This document shows, in pieces, positions 48,101 through 58,066 of a DNA stretch of 64,000 nt (the first letter of the stretch is position 1; each line of letters starts with the position of its first letter). Location: positions 7,440,001 through 7,504,000 of the forward strand of contig CM119372.1 in NCBI GenBank assembly GCA_051294905.1, given 5' to 3'. A program made the position numbers and the translations under genes. The notes beneath the pieces were generated by a model, which made no database searches, was not told the DNA's origin, and was given only the letters and a program-made list of their open reading frames with translations. This DNA is from Botryllus schlosseri (Eukaryota).

Positions 48101-51100
48101 TGTAGCATTTTTTGAACGGGGCTTGAAATTGATTGAATTCTGACGAAGTTATCGAGAATGAAAATGCCCTTTGAATATGACACTTGGCTGTAAGTTCAAA
48201 TAAGCGATGTCGAGTGCAAGATTAGTGTGTAAAATTAATCACCCGTCTCATTACGTACGAAATATATGTTTGCTAGGGCAAGGTTTTGCAACTTTTTTTT
48301 ACAGCTTCCTAAATGCTCGGAAGTTATGTAGCATGGTGTTTTAAGCTGTTTGGAGGAATCTTATATTGCAACTTTTCACAACTTTGTTCTATTTTTTCAT
48401 GCAACTAACTCTTTAGTGGAAACATTTGGCATCATATGTAAACTGATCCCTTGATTATTTCACTGCCGTTTAAATTTGAGGTCCATTCTGATTTGACATA
48501 CATTGTGGCTAGACCGCCGAAAAGCCGCCAACACTGAGTTTTGCTGCAGTGCTTTGGACACGAATCAATTCGAGTATCTAGTGCTCTGATAATTTCAAGG
48601 AACTTGTCCGTAAATGCGACTTTTTAGCGCAACTTTGTCAAAAATAAATGCAACATTTTACTGCAATATTTGTGAAAAATACGCGCAACTTTCCACGGAT
48701 TTGACTGCAACAAAAACATCATACATTACACCGACATCTGAGGCCTGTCTTCGTATAATTGTTTCTTTAAATAGCTGGTTCGTGGTAGAAAATTTGATTG
48801 TTGCTTTCATCACAACATCTATTGCGGTAATGAACTTTTTAACCTCAAAAACTTTCGGGGGCTGATTTTTATTATTCATGTCACTTCATTAACCCAACCT
48901 ATGGAATGAAGTTTCTGTTCATCTCGAAATTCTTATGACGGGTCGCTGATGTTCTTATAAGTTATAACACAGTAGATATGTATTTTCTTCTGCAAGTATT
49001 AATCAAGCATTCGGGCAACACTCTATGTGTATTGTGAACATATTACCGAACATTGAATCAGTAGGAAATGCGTCAAAATGAACTATATGACCACAGGCAC
49101 CCAAGCCGAGAAGGTATTCTTCGTTGCGGCAAAAGCACAGCGACCCAATGCCTGACCGACGCAATTCACCCGTACCGCCACAGTTCCGAGAGCAAAAATA
49201 CGCAAATTTTACACGGCCGTCGCCGCCCACTTCTGAAATGACACGTCATTTTGCCGCGCAAGTAAACGGTGAGTACAGGAGCATAGTCGTCACGATGGAC
49301 CGCCGTCTATGCTCAACTGACTGCTTCCTGCATTTTTCCAGCGTCTGCCAACATGGCTAACGCGAGTCTGCCGGCCAGGAACAGCTCTGGCAGTCCTTCG
49401 GTTCCAAGGCCGATCGAACAGCAGATCGCGTTTTCTCAGTCTCAAGTTCCCATGCCGTTAATGCAGCAGAATGCTCCAGCGAACATACCCGCGGGGGCGC
49501 TTAACATGCAGTCGTTGCCTTTTGCGGATCCTACGACTCAGGCACTGTTGAGTGAGTTTTGTACAGTTTTACATAGCTGTTAAAAGATTCAAGCGGAGAA
49601 CTAAACTAGAATTAGTGATACAACAACACAATTTTTCCAAATTAGACTAGAGTTAAATTTATGGCTACGCAGATTTTTCCAAATAAGATTAGAATTATAC
49701 GAGCGGTTCTCAACCTTTTTGGACATGCGCCCCCCCTGACCCCCCTGCACTTATGTTTATGTCAAAAAGAGCACATCATCTAATAATATACATAATAGTA
49801 TATCTTATGCTAAGTTTGAATCCGCATTCCAGTTGTTCAGTCTTTTACATTTCTGAGAAATTTCCTTCAAACTTTTTTGAAAATAACAAAAAACATTGAA
49901 CAGGACATCAATTTACTTCAAGGTAGGTTGCACTGACGATAATCCTAATGCTGGTAGTGCCTACAGAGAGCACGGCGTCGTTCTGTCCTGCTATGCTAAA
50001 TTTGATCAGTTTTGGAATTGAATTAAATTGTGTTGATTTAGGGTAGCCTAATTAAGGGCGAAACAGGGCAAGCTATATTGCATCCAACTAAGTCTGTCTT
50101 AGGCAGTGCAGTTCGCCAGCTATTAACAACAGCTAGCCAGCGTACCGAGGCTACTGTCAAAGCTATGAAGTTATGAATGACTTACACATGGAAATTGCTC
50201 TAAATCTTCGAAGAATATCAAAAATTTGCTCAAATGAAGTTGAAATCAGCCTATACTCCGTTGAACGCGACTGCTGGAGTTTGTATTTGGCAAGCTTTCT
50301 TGAATACGAAATAAGTTTCAGCTTCAACAAGCGCCTTCTCAGAATGGTTGTGAAACGCATGTTTAGTCACAATCTGTACAGACTTTGTCAATTTCTTGCG
50401 CCCTCCCTGAGAGCCTCCTGCGCCCCCCAGGTTGAGAACCGCGGAATTAGCCTGGATGGCTGAATTTGCAAAATCTTGGAAATTGGATGAAGTTCATTTC
50501 ATATCGAATCAGAGAACCACATGAGTGTCAAATGTCTGCACAGCAGACTTAGATCATTTTGCAGTATACAGTTGTAACATAAACCAGATATTAGACTAGA
50601 ATTGAAATTACAGCGTAGAAACATTTCATAAATTAGATTAGAATTAGGATTAGAGCAAAGAAACATAAGAGCTGCCATTTGGCCATTTTCATGGCGAAAC
50701 ACTTCGGTTGTTAGCGGAGTTGTAACGAGATTTTGGTGACTCGACTTGGCTAGAGTCGTTTTTCCAAATGCGTAAAATGACTGACTCGAGTCAATTTTTG
50801 AATTGACTCGAGACCAGGATGGCCACGACAGATGTTTCATTGTGACTTCAAAGAGTAGTAAAGTTACCACGTTATTGGAATTTCGTCTATTAGTCCTGAA
50901 ACTTGGCAAATAGGGCTGGAAACTGTCAAGTCTGAGGAAAATTACTGTAATATAAATGCGAGCCATTCTAGGCCTATATCACTGGAGCAGAGTTGCAAAA
51001 GTGGGTTTTGAGAAGGTTTTGAGTGACCGCCGGGGTAATTTTCGAAATCAGATGTATTATCAAAAAACAATGGTAACTAATTGTGAACTTGCTGGGCGAA

Positions 51101-53550
51101 CCAAAAATTTGGTAAGCGTACGTTACCGTGAAAATTGGGATGTTGATGGCTAAAATGACAGTTCCGACGCGTTAGCGTATAGCCATGCGCCTGCCAGGTT
51201 TTTGTAGGTTTTCGTATATATATGACGACAAAGATAATATTTCGCGGCAGATTTATTTGACTACTATTTGACTCCACTAGTTGCTGACAATTACCCCTGA
51301 CGAGTGTAGGCTGAAAATATTCGGGTTCATTTCAACATGATTATACTATTCAATGGTATACTTGTTTTGTATTCTGCAATACGACCAACCAAGGTTCTAA
51401 GAGTTCCAGAGCGGAAAATTATGTCGAAACTATAATTCTCGTTTTCAGTATTCGAAATACCATGTCTCTCTACTCGACTGGCATAATCAGAATTAATACT
51501 TAGGCTTCATTCATCTCTTTCTTTTGTACTGCAGCCAAAATCAACACGTCTCTTTATTACACCCTTAGATACCCAGATGGATCCAACGATGATGCAAATG
51601 CAGCAATCGCTACAATATTATCCGATGATGAGCCCAGCATACATCGAAGCAGGTTAGTCGGTATCTAATCAGTATACGCGGAAGCTTTTAACCGACTGTT
51701 GATGGCCAGCTTCCAATTATCAACGGATGCTCAGAATGCTGTCGCAAGTGAACATGTCAATGGAGCAAATGCAGCAGATGCCGGGTGGCGTCGCGTCCCA
51801 AGTGAGTTTGTGAATCGTTTTGGAAATTTCGATTGCGTTTGCTGATCGCTTCTGGTGTTGTTAGTTGGACGCGAGCACGCCGTCGATCCCCCCGGACGCG
51901 CAGACTCTACCTCACCCCGGCGACATGCAACTGAACTCGTTGGTCCCGCCGGTCACCCAGGCGTTATCTCCGGGGTCCCTGGGATCGGTCATAAGACCAC
52001 CGCATTCGATCAACCCGGCTACCTATTTCACGGGGTAAGAGTACACTGTGCTTATTGCTATTGAGTGTTCGGTGAGTTTGGTGCTAACCTCAGGTTTTTG
52101 AAACTTCATCATGTGTGACAGCTAAAACCTGCGCCTGATAAACCTAAGCTGATTTTCCTCCATTAGTTTACTTTTGAAAAATGACAAACTTAAAGAATTT
52201 GCAATTTCGGAAGGCAGCGCAATACCAGTAATCTTGTTGCCACCTTTATTCTCATCTCTCATCCAGTTATCTTTCACCCGTTTTTATCACCGATTCGTAT
52301 GTGTTATGCTGTTTCTGACTGAGTTGATCACTGATCAGTTGGGCCATTTTTTAACATTTTTTTACCTTAAAAAGGGTAATTTTGACAAAATTTTTGCCCT
52401 CCTGCATGTATATTAGGTATTTTCGCACATGATGTCAGAATTGTACTACATTATCTTCATTTCTGGTTGGAACTGTTTGTCCTTACGAAGTACCTTGGCC
52501 TGAAAAAACTTTTTGACTTGAAACTGACAAATTTTTACATGAAAAAACTTCACTTCAACGGAATCTGGACCTGTGAAGAATTTCAGTAGCTGTCATAATT
52601 TGTTGAAGTACAACAAAAGATATTATGTAGAAAGTGTCTGTCCTTACTAAGTATCTTGCCAAGAGTGGAGAAGAACGTTCAATAGCAGCAGCTGCTGGCT
52701 GGCTCTTACTCGAGTGGCAATGAAACATGAACAGTTTGAGGGCAAAGTTTTGTGACAAGTTTGGATTGCATCACTGTTACAAGTGAAATTCTCTGAAGAA
52801 CCATGTGGAATAACCCCTATATCAGGGATTCTTTAACTTTTTTGAGCACAGGCCCCTTGAAGTCTCGTGGGCGGTTGCACATACCCCCGACATTTCAGAA
52901 GTCGATAACTGGAAAGTGATCGCCCCAACTCACCTCTATTTACGCTATCCAATGCCAAAAATAAGATGACTAATGACTAGATAGGGTAGTCACTGTCCCA
53001 CTCAAGACATCATTCTCGAGCGATAATCTGTTTTTGAAGTTTCTTGATGATGTATTGCCCTTTCACGGATCCCCTAAACCTAGCTCACAGAATCCTAAGC
53101 GGTATGAGGACCCCAGTTTAAGAACCCCTGCTCTATGTCATCGTAGCTGAACGTATTTTCGAAGATTGTACCTATTTGTAGTCTCATTAATCAATTTGTT
53201 TCTGTCGTGAATCTTACAATTTTGAAGAAATCTAGCTTTTGAAATTACGACATTCATCTTATTCTCTTGTCTCCGAAGGGTGTAATGATGAGAATGTGTC
53301 AATGTGTTGTTGCTGTTGTTCCAGCCCGATGAATATGCCCGTGCCGCAGCAACAGCAGCATGCGCCGCAGGCCGCGATGAACTTCCCGCCCAATTTGGTC
53401 GCCCAACAGGTCGGAGGCGTCACCTACTTCAACACTGCCACCCAGTCACCGCCCGTTCAGCAACTGGACAATCAGGCCTCGCCCAGACGAAACGCAGCCA
53501 TACCCATACTGGCTCCTACCGGGTTTCCCGGGCCAACTGGATATGATTGA
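42105..53550 (+). CDS. CASC3: CASC3 / Barentsz / MLN51, exon junction complex component
   Basis: Exons approx. 42105-42209, 43231-43287, 43346-43594, 44277-44419, 44825-44992, 45776-45893, about 46010/46063-46184, 46247-46325, 46386-46471, 46748-46890, 49065-49268, 49342-49551, 51569-51652, 51710-51801, 51865-52034, 53325-53550. Motifs: LSDYES, Btz/SELOR domain (DDPAFIPTRGAFFQHDLRS...RKLWDKGPVKWSHDMF...YGYDIR), RGG tract, RRYSSLRQ, C-terminal GGVTYFN..Q...SPRR. The junction near 45.9-46.06 kb is unresolved. Confidence 0.9.
46940..47400 (-). mobile_element. Decayed hAT-related (CGGBP1-like C-terminus) transposon remnant in a CASC3 intron, copy 1; may extend to about 48.9 kb
   Basis: Minus strand across a frameshift reads AAVERSFSILGKLLG.DRH.LPDNVGKHLSLYCNK; colinear with 52330-52750. 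Confidence 0.6.
49701..50444. mobile_element. Buster/Charlie-type hAT MITE in a CASC3 intron
   Basis: GCGGTTCTCAACCT / AGGTTGAGAACCGC inverted ends with GCGCCCCCC subterminal motifs; decayed TSD AATTATAC / AATTAGCC. Confidence 0.75.
51293..51326 (+). ncRNA. Minimal type-I hammerhead ribozyme motif, copy 2 (sense, in a CASC3 intron)
   Basis: ACCC-CTGACGA-GTGTAGGCT-GAAA-ATAT-TC-GGGT, within a roughly 80-bp segment homologous to about 32580-32665. Confidence 0.58.
52330..52750 (-). mobile_element. Second copy of the CGGBP1-like hAT remnant
   Basis: Colinear with 46940-47400; minus strand reads AAAIERSSPLLARYL. Confidence 0.55.
52823..53130. mobile_element. Buster/Charlie-type hAT MITE
   Basis: TIRs CAGGGATTCTTTAACT / AGTTTAAGAACCCCTG; decayed TSD CCCTATAT / CTCTATGT. 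Confidence 0.72.
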
Positions 53551-54119
53551 TGTACATCACTCTGGCTTATGACGCTGTTGGGGACCACTGACAGAGCCTA
53601 TTTCTTGTGCGGTGCACTTATATTTATTAGAAAGTATTTTCGGATATGATTGCTATCATCGTGTCACCTGTGACAGAGGTTATCATAGACGGACCGGCGC
53701 AAATTTCATTCCAATGCAAGCTTGATCCGTTATGTTCATGAAGATTATGAGAAAGTTGAATTTCCATTATTTTTTTAATTGGGTCTATTTTTAATTTGTC
53801 ATTCGTCACCTTTTACGTTTGAATGGGTCTTGTCACCGATTGACAAGCAACAATTCGGTTCTACAAGTATTGAAAGATCAGGATATCTCGCTAGTTTCAT
53901 CTCGTGTTTTGAACATCTACGGCCTCAACCATGCGCGAATGCCTGATGCTAGGTTTATTATATGATTTCGCGCATTGTGCATCGTTTCTGTATTGATAAT
54001 TTCGTTAGGAACGCGCGTCCGATTGTTAGCAGTTGTGTCAGTTGTTTGTCGCTCTCACTTGATTTCATTAAGTCTATAACGTCATTGGCATGTTAACCAA
54101 CTTTTCATGTGGACCGATC

Positions 54120-54666
54120 CAGGGGTGTGCTAAATGGTACGTGGATATATGGGCATGCGACACATGAGAATGTGGGTTAAATTACGGGTTAGGGTTGAAT
54201 TTAGGCTTGGGTTAGGGTAGGACCTGGGGTTAAGATATATATAGCAATTAATTTCAGGGTTATGATTCGGGTTAGTTTTCGAGTTATGAAGTCACACGCT
54301 GAAGTATCCCGTGCGCAACTAACGTTTTCCATTGTGTTGCGTGCTACATATTAGACTGGCTTGTTAGACATGTAACAAAGTGGAACCGTGGGACGCATGC
54401 ACTGTCTCTGGTATAATTTAAAAGCTTCACGAATCGGTACTGCGAGACTTGATCAATAAAGTTCGATATTGAATTAGACATACAAATGTTTAGGGAAAAT
54501 TTTGCGAACAAATTGTATCAGGTCTATGTATAAATTGTTGAAAATATTCATGTACGAAATATGCAAGCATATTTTAATGTTTTAGCGCTCTTTGGCAAAG
54601 TTTAAATGTTTCACACCATAATCCAAATCAAAAACCCCTTTTTGAGCCACACGTTGCACACCCCTA
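54120..54666. mobile_element. Probable hAT-type element containing degenerate GGTTAG repeats
   Basis: CAGGGGTGTGCTAA / TTGCACACCCCTA inverted ends; internal gggttagggttg..gggttagggtagg (about 54170-54275); TSD not recognisable. Confidence 0.45.
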
Positions 54667-54993
54667 GACTGGAATCTTGACGCCCACTTCTAGGTAATGA
54701 CGTATTGTGTCACGTCATCCAAACCAACATCAGATCCGATTGGGTGCCTTAATGTGTTAGTATTATTGCGAGTATAAGGTATTTGTTGTTCGTTGCGTTT
54801 TCAGTCCTGTGCTTGGGACCGTTTTGTCTGCCTGTTATTTTGCTAGTACCCAATTTTATACACGTGCGAGTTGTTTTACATTGCCTGACTTGTTTTCACT
54901 TCCGCAATATAATTTGTGAATTTTGCGAAAGAGGTTTCTTAGTAGCGCCATGGTCCGAACAGGGTATGGACGCGTGGCAGACATTGCAAGTAA

Positions 54994-55696
54994 GGGCTGT
55001 TCAAAAATAGCTATTTTCCCGGATTCCAGTCATTCACTGATTAAATTGTCAGGTTACCCTAAAAAACGCTGCACACCAAATTTGTTTCAATTATAACAAA
55101 TATACGACTCCGCATATCCAATTTAAAAAAAAATTTATTAGAGAAAATTGAAAAAAAAATTCAAAATTTTCTGTCAATCCCATGAAATCGTTGAGCCGTC
55201 TTCAAAGACTGCAAAACAAATTTGACTCAATTCCAGCTAGTAGAAGCGGAGTTAATTTGAGTTTTTCTTTGATCCGAGGATTATCAACGAAAAACTCCGA
55301 TAACTCTGCTTCTAGTAGTAGAATTCAATTAAAAATTTTATTTTATTAGAGAAAATTGAAAAAAAATTCAAATGTTTCTGTCAACCCCATGAAATTGTTG
55401 AGCTGTCTTCAAAGACTGCAAACAAATTTGACTTAATTCCAACTAGTAGAAGCAGAGTTATTTGAGTTTTTCGTTGATCCGAGGATTATCAACGAAAAAT
55501 TCCATGGGTTGGCAGAAAACTTCGAAATTTTCATTTTATATTTTCCCTAATAAAATAAAATTTTTAATTGGATCTGCGGAGTCGTATGCTTGTTAGAATT
55601 GAACCAAATTTGGTGTGCAGCGTTTTTTGGGGTGACCTGACAATTTAATTAGTGAATGACCGGAATCTGGGGAAAAAAGCTATTTTTGAACAGCCC
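54994..55696. mobile_element. Foldback-type MITE related to 34489-35129, with an internal tandem duplication of about 210 bp
   Basis: TIRs GGGCTGTTCAAAAATAGCT / AGCTATTTTTGAACAGCCC; segment about 55135-55300 is repeated at about 55345-55505. Confidence 0.85.
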
Positions 55697-56696
55697 TACT
55701 GCAAGTCAGTTTCCCAAAATCGCAATGATTGATGCTTCTGCAACTAAGCAGAGGTGGTCGGAAGTAGTAATAATGTTGATTTGTACTGACGAGACAAAAC
55801 TAATTCAAGCAAAAATAGGAAGCGGCAGATCTGCAAAGTACTCGAACGATCGAGTCGCTACCAAATCTAGATATATACTAGTATAGGCTACACACAGTGC
55901 CTTGCGTAGGCTACTTAGCTCGGGATTAGCCGATTATATATCACCTCTGAAGCATTTTTAAATCTAATTCCTCGATAACTGTTTCATGAATGTCGCTAAG
56001 TTAACGTTGTAAACTTCTATGTACGGCGTACGCTTATAGAATATGGCGAGAATAGGTAAGTCAATTTCATAGTTCGTTTTGTACATGGTGTCATGTGATG
56101 CGTTCGTCTCTTGGCAGTCGCATGTTTCGAAGCGTCGGATGTTCAGTCGCCTCTCCCCCTCATTTCGGCCTCGTCAAGATCGAACACTGCTAAATCGGGC
56201 ATTATGCCGCGGTGGTTGTTAGGTTGAGAGACCGGACTTGGTCGCTTCGACAAATCGACATCGCATTGCCTCTCAGGGACGTACGGCGTGGTTCATGGTT
56301 GGGCGGTACATTCCACTTTAGAATCAGCTACGCAAACACATAGAAAAATAAAATATTAAAGTTGATTCAGTTGACGACTTGTTTCTTATCACAAGCGGGA
56401 CTTGAAAGAAGGTAGGACGTATCCACAATTGAAGGCAGGTATGGAAATTACATAACGGTTACACCAGTAAGAGATGGTATTTGCGTGGCGCTACGCGTTT
56501 TACTGCGGTACGACGGATTAATATGAGCTTCAACTAGCATTGTTATTGTTGGACTATAGTTGCATTGTGTTGGCTACATAATCGAATGGGGTCGTTTTGG
56601 AGAAAGAGGGAATTTGAAACCCTGTGTTACCGGACGGAACGGTAAAATTGAATACAAATAAAGATCGGTCCGGCTGCGCATATAGACAATTAGACA

Positions 56697-57031
56697 TGGG
56701 TTACCATATTTTGGGAATCTGAAAAGAGGAGACTTTTTCAAAATTTTCAGACTTACAATACTCGAGTAAAATCCGAAAAAATGGTTGATTTTCCCCGAGT
56801 TTGTGGTTGGCTGACTAAAAAAGGGTCGTTTTTCTGGCTCAAGTCCCGTAAAGCCCGCCGAGCCGTTCCTTAAGCGCTGATTTCCTATATCTCAGTCCAA
56901 TTCCCACAAAAATTTAACCAAATATTCAAAAGATATGACAAATTCTCATAAAAGAGGCGTCCTCTGAGGACATTTTCAAAAAAGTCAAAAAAGAAGACAA
57001 GTCCTCTTAAAAGAGGACGTATGGTAACCTA
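56697..57031. mobile_element. Third (inverted, diverged) copy of the GGGTTACCATAT MITE family
   Basis: GGGTTACCATAT / GTATGGTAACC ends; ctatatctcagtc, aaaatttaacc and aagaggac segments match the reverse complement of 7024-7386. Confidence 0.7.
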
Positions 57032-58066
57032 ACTTATGGGTAGTCCTGGTGTTTTGGGTCCCCGGTGGATTTTTATGGAATTTGCTATGAATAGAGTTCT
57101 TTTTGATAAATCTTGTGTGGGTGACTGGGTGTGGAAAGTCCGATACACGACCGGTTCTTTGGTTATATCACATGTCTTACCAGTATAGATATTCATTATT
57201 TCAGTTTTATAAGCCCTATTACCTCAGCATGGGAGATTGGGAGAACCAATTTACATATACCTATATGAAGTTTTACAGCGCATTACAGTGTTCATTGTAA
57301 AAACATGTTTGTGATCGCTCGCACTGCTGTGGGAGTTAATTAGGGGTGATTTTAACTCGTTTACCGAACATGACACTTTAGATATTCAAGGTATATTTAT
57401 GAGTGACTGGAAAAGCCGTAAAGGTATGCCAGCTTACTTAACTGCCTTATGCCGATTCGGTTTTCCACGCTCTTCACCGATGTAGTACGTGAGTTCGCGA
57501 TGACGAGATAAAGTAATGCAGACTCTGCAGTGTACAGAGTGCAAGCCGGGGCTGGTTTCGATTCGTTATGCTTTTGTGATTGGGTCGGACTTCGGATAAC
57601 AGGCGACCTACTTTTTGGATCAGCCATTTGCTTTGAGTATTCTTTTCAATTTGCAGCACTAGCGAGTTTATGGAACAGAACTCCTTCCTTTTAATTCATC
57701 CTATCGCAATTCTCATATTTCAAATCATTATTTTTCTAATACACACAATCTGGGTATAGGATAGCTAAGGAAAATGTTGAGATTAAGATTAATAGGCCAA
57801 TTTCAGTAATAAGTCGAATGGTTAGAAAAGCATGAAGAGGTTGGATTATAATAGTGCAATAGATGAAGAATCATTATCGTACCATGGTTTATAGTACTGT
57901 GTACTGGTACTCGTATTATGCTTCAAGATATTATATTATAGACCTAACATAATTGGAAACGGCCCAAACGGGGAATGTACACCAAGAAAATAAGTGGAAC
58001 CAATGTTGGAAATCTAAGCTACATATAGGCTATTGACCCGCCATCTCTTTTACAGTGTAGCCTATT

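Noticed and set aside
50499-50966. 155-aa minus-strand ORF in a CASC3 intron
   Set aside because: It runs through GACTCGAGTC-type repeat remnants and has no coherent protein motif.
54170-54275. Interstitial telomeric sequence
   Set aside because: Only a few degenerate GGTTAG units inside a probable TIR element; too short and impure to call a telomere relic.
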